This document shows positions 48,638-57,414 of a stretch of DNA of 64,000 nucleotides, one piece after another. Origin of the DNA: Elusimicrobiota bacterium (GTDB lineage: Bacteria; Elusimicrobiota; Elusimicrobia; UBA1565; UBA9628); contig JACPOW010000043.1 in NCBI GenBank assembly GCA_016191335.1, positions 3,704-67,703 of the forward strand, given 5' to 3'. The notes beneath the pieces are model-generated. The model was not told where the DNA came from and made no database searches. It saw only the letters and a program-made list of their open reading frames with translations. The translations under genes were made by a program, and so were the position numbers. How positions within the stretch are numbered: the first letter of the stretch is position 1; each line of letters begins with the position of its first letter.

Positions 48638-51600
48638 TCAGGACGCCGGAAGCCCGCCGACGCGGCGCGCGTGGCGCAGCGACCACACGCGGAAGCGCTC
48701 GATGAAGGCGTAGGCCGCGGGCACGACGAACAAGGTCAGCAAGGTCGAGCTGATGATGCCGCCGATCGCGGTGATGCCCATGCCCGTGCGCTGGGCCGAG
48801 GCCTCGTTGAGGCCGACCGCCACCGGGATCATGCCCGCGACGAGCGCGAACGAGGTCATCAGGATCGGCCGCAGGCGGTCGCGCCCCGCCTGGATGGTCG
48901 CGTCGGCCTCGCTCATGCCGCGCGCGGTCAGCTGCTTGGTGCGGTCCACGAGCAGGATCGAGTTCTTCGTCGCGATGCCGAGCAGTAGGATCATGCCGAT
49001 CATCGAGAAGATCTCGAGCGAGCCGCCCGTCAGCCACAGCGCGAAGAAGCCGCCGCTCGCCGCCAGGGGCAGGACGAGCATGATGGTCAGCGGCGTCACG
49101 AACGACTGGTACAGGCTCGCGAGCACGAGGTAGATGAAGAAAGCGCCGAGCAGGGCCGCGAGCGCCATGTTCACGACGAGCTCCTCGAAGCTCTCGGCCA
49201 TGCCCTCGAAGCGGTAGGCGACCCCGGGGGGCGGCGCGAGCTCCCCGCCGAGCAGCTTCCTGAAATCGGCCATGGCCCCGCCGAGGCCGGGGCCGTGGGG
49301 CGCCACGTCGGCGCCGAGGCGCACCGAGCGCGCGCGGTCGGAGCGGTTGATCGCGGCCGGAGAGCGGCCGGCGACCGCGCTCGCCGCGTCGGCGAGGCGC
49401 ACGAGGCGCCCGTTGAGGTTGGGGACGCGGATCTCGCCGAAATCGGCCTGCAGGTCGCGCTGCTCGTCCTTCAGGCGCACGCGCACGTCGTACTCGCGTC
49501 CGCTCTTGCGGTAGACGACCGGCGTCTCGCCCTCGATCTGGGCGCGCAGCTCGCGGCCGACCATGGTCGTGGACAGGCCCAGGCGCTTGGCCTTCTCGGC
49601 GTCGAGGACGGCGCGGACCTCGGGCTTGCCCGGCTTCTCGCTGAGCTCCGGCTCGAGCAGCGCGGGATGGCTCCGGAAATGCGGATAGACCTTGGCCGCG
49701 TAGGCCCGCAGCTGCTCGGCGTCCTGGCCGAGGAAGACGACGTTGAACGGGCGCTCGCCGTTGCTCATCTCGTCGTAGTCCTTCACGGCGGTCTTCCAGC
49801 TCTCGTAGGGCTTGAGCTCCCCGCGCAGCAGGGTCTTGAAGGCGGTGGTGTTCATGCTCCGCTCGCGGCGCGGCACCATCTCGACGTAGAAGTCGGCCTT
49901 GTGCGACTCGTTGTCGGCGTTGCCGACCGTGAGCTTGGTGAGCTTGACCTCCTTGTGGGCCCGGATGAGCCCGTCGATCGTCGCGGCGGCCTTCGCCGTC
50001 GCCTCCAGGCTGGCGCCCGGGTCGAGTTCGAAGGTGACAGAGAAGATGCCGTTGTCCTGGGGCGGCAGGAAGGTCTTCGGCACCATGGCCGCGAAGCCGA
50101 GGCTCAGGACGAACAGCCCGGTCGCGCCGGACAGGACGAGGCCGGGGCGGGCGTGCGAGCGGCGCAGGGCCTCGCCGTACCAGTCCTCGAGGCGGCCCTG
50201 GGCGCGGTCGAGCGCCTTGAGCAGCCGGGAGAGCGGCCCCGTGCCCTCGCCGCCGTGGCCGCCGCCCTTGGCCGCGAAGTAGGCGGACAGCATGGGGGCG
50301 ATCGTCAGCGCGTCGAACAGCGAGATGGCCATCGCGAAGACGACCGTCAGGCCGAACTGCTTGAAGAACTGCCCGACGATGCCCTTGAGGAAGGCGATGG
50401 GCAGGAACACCGCGATGACGGTCGCCGTGGTCGCGACGACGGCCAGCGCCACCTCGCGCGCGCCGTTGACGGCGGCCTGCTCCGACGGCTCGCCCGTCTC
50501 CTGGCGCTTGAAGATGTTCTCCCGCACGACGATGGCGTCGTCGATGAGCAGGCCGACGGCCAGGCTCATCGCGAGCAAGGACATGATGTTGATCGTGAAG
50601 CCGAAGGCGTACATCAGGATGAAGGCGCCGAGCAAGGAGGTCGGGATCGCGAGGCCCGTGATCAAGGTCGAGCGCAGGCTGCCGAGGAACAGGAACACGA
50701 CGACGAAGGTCAGCAGGATGCCGAGGAAGATGGTGTCCTTGACGTCGTTGACGTTGTCGCGGATCTCGGTCGAATGGTCCATCACGACCTCGAGCTTCGG
50801 GGCTCCCGGGTGCCGCGAGATGTCCTCCTGAAGGCGCTTGAGGCGCTCGCGCACGGCGCCGACGACGGCCAAGGTGTTGGAGCCGGACTGGCGGTACACC
50901 TGAAGGTACACCGCGGGCTTGCCGTTCCAGAAGGCCCGGGTCTTCTCGTCGGCCAGCCCCTCGCCGACGGTCCCCAGGTCGCGCACTCGGATAGGCGTTT
51001 CGTTGCCGCGGAAGGCGACGACGACCTTGCCGATCTCCTCGGGGTCGGAGAACTCGCCCACGGTGCGGAACAGGCGGTCGCCCGCCCCGCGCGTCACGCG
51101 CCCGGCGGGGACGTTGACGCCGGCGATGCGCAGGGCGTCCGACACCGCGCCCGCCGACAGATCCCGCCGCGCCAGCTCCGCGCGGTCGAGCGCCACGCGG
51201 ATCTCGCGCTTGCGGCCGCCGACGACCTCGACGAGGCCGACCTGGGCGACCTGCTGCAGCGCGGGACGGATCACGTCGTCGGCGAGGTCGAACAGGTCGC
51301 CGGGGGACAGGTCCGCCGACACGGCGATGGCGAGCTGGGGCATGTCGCTCGGGTCGAAGCGGCGGATCACGGGCTCCTTGGCGTCGTCGGGGAGCTTGCG
51401 CTTGGCCAGGGCCACGCGGTCGCGGACCTGCTGCTCGGCGTGCTTCGCGTCGGTCTCGAGAGTGAACTCGGCGACGATGGTGCCCACGCCCTCCTTGGCG
51501 GTCGCGCGCAGCTTCTTGAGGCCGGCGATGGTCGCGACCTCGTCCTCCATGGGCTTGAGGATCTGGGTCTCGACCTCGTCGGGGCCCGCGCCGGGGTAGA

Positions 51601-51748
51601 CCACCGTCGCGCTGATGACGGGGAAGGTCACGTCCGGGTACAGGTCCACGCCCATGCGCGTCATCAGCAGGCCGCCGGCGGTGAGCATGAGGATGACGGC
51701 GCTGGTCACGAAGACGGGCTGCTTGATCGACAGTTCGGGGAGATCCAT
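48638..51748 (-). CDS. RND efflux transporter permease (AcrB/AcrD/AcrF family)
   Basis: 1036 aa. MDLPELSIKQPVFVTSAVILM...YPDVTFPVISATVVYPGAGPDEVE. 12-TM RND layout. Confidence 0.93.
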   Translation of the reverse strand: MDLPELSIKQPVFVTSAVILMLTAGGLLMTRMGVDLYPDVTFPVISATVVYPGAGPDEVETQILKPMEDEVATIAGLKKLRATAKEGVGTIVAEFTLETDAKHAEQQVRDRVALAKRKLPDDAKEPVIRRFDPSDMPQLAIAVSADLSPGDLFDLADDVIRPALQQVAQVGLVEVVGGRKREIRVALDRAELARRDLSAGAVSDALRIAGVNVPAGRVTRGAGDRLFRTVGEFSDPEEIGKVVVAFRGNETPIRVRDLGTVGEGLADEKTRAFWNGKPAVYLQVYRQSGSNTLAVVGAVRERLKRLQEDISRHPGAPKLEVVMDHSTEIRDNVNDVKDTIFLGILLTFVVVFLFLGSLRSTLITGLAIPTSLLGAFILMYAFGFTINIMSLLAMSLAVGLLIDDAIVVRENIFKRQETGEPSEQAAVNGAREVALAVVATTATVIAVFLPIAFLKGIVGQFFKQFGLTVVFAMAISLFDALTIAPMLSAYFAAKGGGHGGEGTGPLSRLLKALDRAQGRLEDWYGEALRRSHARPGLVLSGATGLFVLSLGFAAMVPKTFLPPQDNGIFSVTFELDPGASLEATAKAAATIDGLIRAHKEVKLTKLTVGNADNESHKADFYVEMVPRRERSMNTTAFKTLLRGELKPYESWKTAVKDYDEMSNGERPFNVVFLGQDAEQLRAYAAKVYPHFRSHPALLEPELSEKPGKPEVRAVLDAEKAKRLGLSTTMVGRELRAQIEGETPVVYRKSGREYDVRVRLKDEQRDLQADFGEIRVPNLNGRLVRLADAASAVAGRSPAAINRSDRARSVRLGADVAPHGPGLGGAMADFRKLLGGELAPPPGVAYRFEGMAESFEELVVNMALAALLGAFFIYLVLASLYQSFVTPLTIMLVLPLAASGGFFALWLTGGSLEIFSMIGMILLLGIATKNSILLVDRTKQLTARGMSEADATIQAGRDRLRPILMTSFALVAGMIPVAVGLNEASAQRTGMGITAIGGIISSTLLTLFVVPAAYAFIERFRVWSLRHARRVGGLPAS

Positions 51749-51751
51749 GGG

Positions 51752-53149
51752 TTATTCCTGGGCGTACGGCTTCATCCGCGCCGTGGCGAGGCGCACCTGC
51801 AGCTCCTCGCCGACGACGGCGCGGCGCGCGGCCGCCCAGTCCTGCTCCGCCTGGAGCACGAAGAAGGTGGTGGTCCGGCCCTCGCCGTGACGCCGGCGCT
51901 CGGTCTCGACGCGCTCGAGCTGGGCCTTCTCGATCTCGCGGGAGAGCGCCGCGCGGCGGCGGGCGTCCTCGAGGCGGTCCGCGAGGTCCCTCCAGTTCGC
52001 GGCCGACTCGTAGGCCGCGCGCTGGACGCGCGCGCCGGCCGCCTCGGCCTCGGCCCGGTGCCCGCCGCCGATGGAGCGCAGCAAGGACAGATCGAGCGGG
52101 ACGGACACGCGGGCGCCCGCGGCCCAGCGCGGACCGTCGGGGCCCACGGAGTCCGACACCGCGTCGCTCGCCCCCGCGCGCCGGCCGCTCAGCGCGCCGG
52201 CCGCGTACGCCTCGACCTTGGGCCGCGCGGCCTCCGCCCCGGCCATCGCGGACCCGATCGCCGCCCGGGCCTCGTGCGTCGCCGCGAGGACCTCGTCGGG
52301 ACGCTGCGCGCGGACGGGCGCGGCGCCGTCGTCGTCGAGGGCGGAGAGCTCCTCGGGGGCGGCCCCGGCTCCGCCGCGCTCCGCGTCGAAGACGCGCTCG
52401 GCGGCCCTGCGCTCGTCCGAGGCCGCGCGCAGCTCGAGAGCCCGCAGGCGCGCCGCCGACTCCGCTTCGAGCAGCTCGGACCGGTCGGCGAGCGAGCTCG
52501 ACACCCGCCGCGCCGCCCAGTCGCGGAGCTTCTCGGCCCGCGCCAGGCTCTGCGCGGCGATCTCCTCGACGCGCCGCGCGGCGGCGAGGCTCCAGTAGGC
52601 CTGCTCCGCCTCCGAAAAAATCCGGCGGCGGCCGATGCGCTCTCCCACCGCCCGCGCCAGCGCGCCCTCGCGCGCGGCGGCGATGCCCGCCCGGACCTCG
52701 CGGCCGAAGGCGTTGCGCCACAGGTCCACGCTCACCTCGGCCGTCGGGCTGGCCTGATAATAGGAAGGCGGCCTCACGAAGTTCGGATTGGCCCCGTTCA
52801 GGTCGGTGCGCGAGAACGCGTAGTAGACCTTGCCCGTCGCGCCGAAGGCCGTCGCCTTCGAGACGCCGGCCTTCACCCAGCCGCGCTCGACGCGCTGGCC
52901 TTCCGCGGCCGGGAAGTTCTTCGGGGAGGCGTCGAGGGACTTCTCGCCCTCCACGAACAAGGTGGGAGCCAGCGGAAGCCCCCCCTCTTCCGCCCGGCCC
53001 CGGGCGCCTTCCTCGGCGCGGACCGCGGCCTTCACGCCGTCATGGCGCGCGGCGACCTGGGAGAGATACTCGGTCACGGTCAAGGGCGCGGCGGAGGCCG
53101 AAGCGAGGAAGATATGACCGCCGGTCACGACGAATCGAAAAAAAATCAT
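51752..53149 (-). CDS. TolC-family outer membrane efflux protein
   Basis: Trimmed to ATG 53149 (GGAGA upstream). 465 aa with a signal peptide. Two-repeat helical pattern typical of OMF proteins. Confidence 0.8.
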   Translation of the reverse strand: MIFFRFVVTGGHIFLASASAAPLTVTEYLSQVAARHDGVKAAVRAEEGARGRAEEGGLPLAPTLFVEGEKSLDASPKNFPAAEGQRVERGWVKAGVSKATAFGATGKVYYAFSRTDLNGANPNFVRPPSYYQASPTAEVSVDLWRNAFGREVRAGIAAAREGALARAVGERIGRRRIFSEAEQAYWSLAAARRVEEIAAQSLARAEKLRDWAARRVSSSLADRSELLEAESAARLRALELRAASDERRAAERVFDAERGGAGAAPEELSALDDDGAAPVRAQRPDEVLAATHEARAAIGSAMAGAEAARPKVEAYAAGALSGRRAGASDAVSDSVGPDGPRWAAGARVSVPLDLSLLRSIGGGHRAEAEAAGARVQRAAYESAANWRDLADRLEDARRRAALSREIEKAQLERVETERRRHGEGRTTTFFVLQAEQDWAAARRAVVGEELQVRLATARMKPYAQE

Positions 53150-53159
53150 GCTGTCTCCA

Positions 53160-53780
53160 TCACCGTTTCGATATCCCGCGCAGCGTGAAATCACGCACGA
53201 TCCGGAACGCCTCCTCCGGAGGCAGGCCCTTGGCGGCGCACTGGTTGCCGGACACCTCGAGCAGGCCGATCATCGCCGCGTGCAGCGCGAAATGGATGGC
53301 CTCGACCGGGCGCGGCTCCAAGGTCCCGTCCGCCAGGCCGCGTCGCACCAGCGGATCGAGGACCGACATGAACCGCTCGTCCAGGGCGTCGAGCTCCGCG
53401 CCCATCTTGTCGCCGACCTGATGGCGGAAGTCCTCCCGACGGCAATAGCTCTCCAGGCGGCGGTAATCGGGCCGCCCCTGGAAGCTGTCCCAGAAGATCC
53501 GCATCACGGCGGCCAGGACCTCGAGCACGGGCCCCGTGGCGTCGACCGCCTTCATCTTCTCGAGCATGTCCCCGAAGAACTCGGTGACGAGGCGGGCGTA
53601 GATCTCGTCCTTGCTCGCGAAGTGCTTGTAGATCGTGCCCTTGCCGATCTCGGCCTTGGCCGCGATCTGGTCGATCGTGACCGCCTGCCAGTCGTCCCGC
53701 GTGAACAGGGACAGGGCGGCGGCGAGGATGTCCTCCTCGCGCCGCTTGAACTCCCTTTCCTTCCGTTCGAGTATTGTCAT
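53160..53780 (-). CDS. TetR/AcrR family transcriptional regulator
   Basis: 206 aa. HTH TIDQIAAKAEIGKGTIYKHF. Confidence 0.9.
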   Translation of the reverse strand: MTILERKEREFKRREEDILAAALSLFTRDDWQAVTIDQIAAKAEIGKGTIYKHFASKDEIYARLVTEFFGDMLEKMKAVDATGPVLEVLAAVMRIFWDSFQGRPDYRRLESYCRREDFRHQVGDKMGAELDALDERFMSVLDPLVRRGLADGTLEPRPVEAIHFALHAAMIGLLEVSGNQCAAKGLPPEEAFRIVRDFTLRGISKR

Positions 53781-53787
53781 GACTATT

Positions 53788-53837
53788 GGTCACTCCATGA
53801 CCGCCAGTATTATACAGGCAAGGGGCGATGTTGTCAA
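53788..53837 (-). promoter_or_regulatory. consensus sigma70 promoter TTGACA-17-TATAAT plus inverted repeat GGTCA-5-TGACC (candidate TetR operator)
   Basis: -35 at 53832-53837, -10 at 53809-53814, inverted repeat at 53788-53802 between the -10 and the tetR ATG 53780. Confidence 0.6.
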
Positions 53838-53844
53838 GCCCGCC

Positions 53845-54024
53845 CTAAAAGAGCGTGTAGATGAAGGGCGCGGCGGCGGGGTGGGCCGCCAAGGCGACGA
53901 TGAAGCCGACGACGAGGACGGCCAGGAAGATCGGGATCATCCACCACAGGCGGTTGCGCCACAGGAAGGCGAACAGGCCGTTCACCACGCCGACGCGTCG
54001 GGCGGCGTCCTTGACGATCCCCAT
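53845..54024 (-). CDS. DUF5989-like small membrane protein (59 aa, absent from ORF track)
   Basis: My translation is MGIVKDAARRVGVVNGLFAFLWRNRLWWMIPIFLAVLVVGFIVALAAHPAAAPFIYTLF. AAGGAGG lies 6 nt upstream of ATG 54024. One TM, and the APFIYTLF tail I recall for DUF5989 next to carbamoyltransferases. Confidence 0.7.
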   Translation of the reverse strand: MGIVKDAARRVGVVNGLFAFLWRNRLWWMIPIFLAVLVVGFIVALAAHPAAAPFIYTLF

Positions 54025-55772
54025 GTCTGCCTCCTTGGCTGCGGATTCTCCGGCCGTCCCGTGGTCAGGAAAGGCCCCAGGGCGAGGGCGTCCATGCCGC
54101 TCGCCAGGAAAGTGGACACGGCGTCGGCGGGCGTCTCGACGATGGGCTCCCCCTTCAGATTAAAGGAAGTATTGAGCGTCGCGGGCACGCCGGTGACGCG
54201 GCCCATGCTCTCGGCGAGGCGGTGGAACAGCGGGCTCTGGGCGGGATCGATGGCCTGAACGCGCGAGCTGCCGTCCACGTGCGTGACCGCGGCCAGGCGC
54301 TCGCGCCGGTCCGGGCGCGTCTGCGCGGTCGCGAGCATGAAGCGGTACGGGTCCGGCGCGGGGCCCGGAGGCAGGTCGAACCACTCGGCCGCGGCCGCGG
54401 CGCAGACCGACGGCGCGAACGGGCGGTACAGCTCGCGGAACTTGATCTTCGCGTTGACGGTGTCCTTCATCGCCGCGGGACGCGGGTCGGCGAGGATGGA
54501 GCGCTGGCCGAGCGCGCGCGGCCCCCACTCCGAGCGGCCCTGATGCCAGCCCACGACCTTGCCGCCGGCGAGCAGGCCCGAGACGCGCTCGCACAGGTCG
54601 TCCTCACCGCGCGTCTCGACGAAGGGAAGGCCCGCGGCTTTCAGGGCCCCGGCCGCTTCGGCGGCCGCGTGCTCCGGTCCCAGCGCCGCGGTCCGCATCT
54701 CGTAGCGCGCGGGGCTTTTCTCGAGGGCGTGAGCGGCGTACAGCGCCGCGCCGAGCGCGCCGCCCGCGTCGCCCCCGGCGGGCTGGATCCAGACCGAGCC
54801 GAACCCCGCCTCGCGCAGGAGCCGCGCGTTCGACACCGCGTTGAGGGCGACGCCTCCCGCGAGACACAGGTTCGGCGAGCCCGTGCGGCGGCGCGCCTCG
54901 CGCGCCAGGCCCAGCATCAGCTCCTCGCAGACGAGCTGGACGCTGGCGGCGACGTCGCACAGGCGCTTGTCGCCGGCGGGGTCGCCCGACCCGGGGGCGC
55001 GCGCGGGGCCGAAGGCGTCCTCGAACTTCCTGGAGAAGGACCGCGCGGGGTCGCGGTGGAATTCGAACCAGTCGAGGTCGAGGCGGAAGGAGCCGTCGGA
55101 GAACGGACGGATCATGCCGCGGACGGCGTCCGCGTAGCGGGGCGTCCCGTACGGGGCCAGGCCCATGACCTTGTATTCCCCCTCGTTGACCTCGAAGCCG
55201 AGGTAGGCGGTGAACGCGGAGTAGAGCAGTCCGAGGGAATGCGGATAGCGCATCTCGACGTCCAGCGAGAGCCGGAACGGCGCCCGGCTCCCGCGGCCGA
55301 TCGCCGCGGTCGCCCACTCGCCGACGCCGTCGACGGTCAAGGTCGCCGCGGCCTCGTACGGCGAGCAGAGGAAGGCGCTGGCCGCGTGGGACAGGTGGTG
55401 CTCGCAGTAGAGGATCTTCTCCGGCGCCACGCCGAGGGCGGCCTCGATCCGGGGCCCCACCCACAGGCGCTCGTCGATCCAGGCCCCCATCGCCCGGCGG
55501 AACAGCGCGCCCGAGGACGGGAAGGTGGAGACGGCGCCGGCGAGTATGCGCGACAGCTTCCGGAAGGGCTTCTCGTAGAAGACGACCGCGTCGAGGTCGC
55601 CGGCCGTCAGGCCGGCCCGCCCCAGGCAGAACTCGACGGAGCGCGCGGGCAGGCGGCGGTCGTGCTTGAGGCGGGAGAACCGCTCCTCCGGCGCCGCGGC
55701 GACGGGGACGCCGTCGACGACGAGCGCGGCGGCCGCGTCGTGGTAGTCGAAGCTGAGGCCGAGTATGTTCAA
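53982..55772 (-). CDS. carbamoyltransferase (NodU/CmcH family)
   Basis: 596 aa. MNILGLSFDYHDAAAALVVDG, with N-terminal ASKHA-like and C-terminal YrdC-like parts. 43-nt overlap with the small downstream gene. Confidence 0.88.
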   Translation of the reverse strand: MNILGLSFDYHDAAAALVVDGVPVAAAPEERFSRLKHDRRLPARSVEFCLGRAGLTAGDLDAVVFYEKPFRKLSRILAGAVSTFPSSGALFRRAMGAWIDERLWVGPRIEAALGVAPEKILYCEHHLSHAASAFLCSPYEAAATLTVDGVGEWATAAIGRGSRAPFRLSLDVEMRYPHSLGLLYSAFTAYLGFEVNEGEYKVMGLAPYGTPRYADAVRGMIRPFSDGSFRLDLDWFEFHRDPARSFSRKFEDAFGPARAPGSGDPAGDKRLCDVAASVQLVCEELMLGLAREARRRTGSPNLCLAGGVALNAVSNARLLREAGFGSVWIQPAGGDAGGALGAALYAAHALEKSPARYEMRTAALGPEHAAAEAAGALKAAGLPFVETRGEDDLCERVSGLLAGGKVVGWHQGRSEWGPRALGQRSILADPRPAAMKDTVNAKIKFRELYRPFAPSVCAAAAAEWFDLPPGPAPDPYRFMLATAQTRPDRRERLAAVTHVDGSSRVQAIDPAQSPLFHRLAESMGRVTGVPATLNTSFNLKGEPIVETPADAVSTFLASGMDALALGPFLTTGRPENPQPRRQTWGSSRTPPDASAW

Positions 55773-56002
55773 CCGGCCCCCTCGAGGCGCGGCTTCGGGT
55801 CGGGGTTCTCGACCGGGGTCCAGGCCGTCGAGGGCTTCCCGCGGACGCCGAGCAGATCCACGCCGAGGACGCGGAGCGTCAGCGCGACGGGGCCGAGGAC
55901 GAGCCAGTAGACGACGGCGAGCAGGACCGCGCCGAGGGCCGCCGCGACGCGGACCGCGCCCGCGAGGAGGCGCCGGCGCGCGTCAGCGAGGATCGCGCGC
56001 AA
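55769..56002 (-). CDS. small membrane protein (possibly SxtJ-like)
   Basis: 77 aa, TTG start. AALGAVLLAVVYWLVLGPVALTLRVLGVDLLGVRGKPSTAW resembles the C-terminal part of SxtJ-type proteins. 4-nt overlap with the carbamoyltransferase start. Confidence 0.4.
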   Translation of the reverse strand: MRAILADARRRLLAGAVRVAAALGAVLLAVVYWLVLGPVALTLRVLGVDLLGVRGKPSTAWTPVENPDPKPRLEGAG

Positions 56003-56007
56003 GGCGC

Positions 56008-57318
56008 CTAGACGGGCTCGCCGACAAGATCGTACTCCTCGGCGCCCGTGATCTTGACGTCGGCGAAGTCCCCGACGCGCAGGAAGTGCTTGTCGGCGGG
56101 TATGAGCACCTCGTTGTCCACCTCGGGCGAGTCCTGCTCGGTGCGCCCGACGAAGTGCTTTCCTTCCTTGCGGTCGACGAGGACCTTCACGACCTTGCCG
56201 ATGCGCGAGGCGTTGATGGCCAGCGAGATCGGCTGCTGCACGGCCATGATCGCCTCGGCGCGGCGCTTCTTCTCGCTCGCGGGAAGGTCGTCGGAGAGGG
56301 AGTAGGCGTGCGTGTTCTCCTCATGGGAGTACTGGAAGACGCCGAGGCGGTCGAACTTCGTCTTCTGGACCCAGACCAAGGTCTCTTCGTGATCGTCGAT
56401 CGTCTCGCCCGGATAGCCCGCGATCAAGGTCGTGCGCAAGGCGATGCCGGGCACTTTTTCCCGGATCGTCGCCACCAGCTCCTCGGTCTTGGCCTTGGTG
56501 GTCCCGCGGCGCATCGAGGTCAGCATCTTGTCGGTGATGTGCTGCAAAGGCATGTCGAGATATTTACAGATGTTCGGCCGTTCCCGCATCACGTCCAAGA
56601 CGTCCATCGGGAACCCCGCCGGGAAGGCGTAATGCAACCGGATCCAGCCTATGCCGGGGACGTCGGAAAGGGCTCGCAAGAGGTCCGCCAGACGCCGTTT
56701 GCCGTAAAGATCCAGACCGTAATACGTTGAGTCCTGAGCGATGAGCAAAAGCTCTCTCGTGCCCGCGGTCGCGAGCCGCTTTGCCTCGTTTACCAGCTCT
56801 TCTATCGGCGTCGAGACGTGCTTCCCGCGCATCAGCGGTATGGCGCAGAACGAGCAAGGCCGGTCGCAGCCCTCGGAGATCTTGAAGTACGCGTAGTGGC
56901 GGGGCGTCGTGATCATCCGCTCGCCGACGAGCTCGTGCTTGTAGTCGGCGTTGAGCGCCTTCAGCAGACGCGGCAGGTCCCGCGTCCCGAAGTACGCGTC
57001 CACCTCCGGGATGTCCTTCTCCAGGTCCTCTTTATAGCGCTCGGACAGGCAGCCCGTGACGAAGAGCTTGTCGAGCTTCCCCATCTTCTTGGCGGCGGCG
57101 TAGTCGAGGATGGTGTCGATGGACTCCTGCTTGGCGTTGTCGATGAAGCCGCAGGTGTTGATCACGACGATCGAGGCGTCGTCGCAGTCGGTCTCGTGCT
57201 CGACCTCGAACTTGCTCGCGCGCAGCTGGCCCATCAGCACCTCGGAATCGTAGAGGTTCTTCGAGCAGCCGAGCGTGACGACGTGGACCTTGTTCTTCTT
57301 GAGGGTTTTCGTGCGCAT
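56008..57318 (-). CDS. rimO: ribosomal protein S12 methylthiotransferase
   Basis: Trimmed to ATG 57318. VTLGCSKNLYDSE, radical SAM CDRPCSFCAIP, and a TRAM domain at the C-terminus. Confidence 0.92.
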   Translation of the reverse strand: MRTKTLKKNKVHVVTLGCSKNLYDSEVLMGQLRASKFEVEHETDCDDASIVVINTCGFIDNAKQESIDTILDYAAAKKMGKLDKLFVTGCLSERYKEDLEKDIPEVDAYFGTRDLPRLLKALNADYKHELVGERMITTPRHYAYFKISEGCDRPCSFCAIPLMRGKHVSTPIEELVNEAKRLATAGTRELLLIAQDSTYYGLDLYGKRRLADLLRALSDVPGIGWIRLHYAFPAGFPMDVLDVMRERPNICKYLDMPLQHITDKMLTSMRRGTTKAKTEELVATIREKVPGIALRTTLIAGYPGETIDDHEETLVWVQKTKFDRLGVFQYSHEENTHAYSLSDDLPASEKKRRAEAIMAVQQPISLAINASRIGKVVKVLVDRKEGKHFVGRTEQDSPEVDNEVLIPADKHFLRVGDFADVKITGAEEYDLVGEPV

Positions 57319-57347
57319 GGGCGAGGGCGAGGGGTTCCTCGACGGAG

Positions 57348-57356
57348 ATTGTACCA
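57348..57356 (-). promoter_or_regulatory. extended -10 TGGTACAAT upstream of rimO (29-nt gap to ATG; about 22-nt leader if transcription starts about 7 nt past the box)
   Basis: Read from the sequence. Confidence 0.4.
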
Positions 57357-57400
57357 CTTCGCCGCCGTGACCCGCCCCGCATTTACCGGGAACCGAATTT

Positions 57401-57406
57401 TATACT
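57401..57406 (+). promoter_or_regulatory. -10 box TATACT, 8 nt upstream of ATG 57415
   Basis: Read from the sequence. Confidence 0.4.
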
Positions 57407-57414
57407 ATCAGCTC

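Noticed and set aside
48507-53194. 1404-aa (minus, alternative frame) and 1297-aa (plus) ORFs across the efflux operon
   Set aside because: They overlap the RND pump and TolC genes, which have unmistakable family signatures. Both are Arg/Gly/Pro-rich low-complexity translations typical of off-frame GC-rich DNA. I also looked there for a hidden adaptor (MFP) gene and found none.
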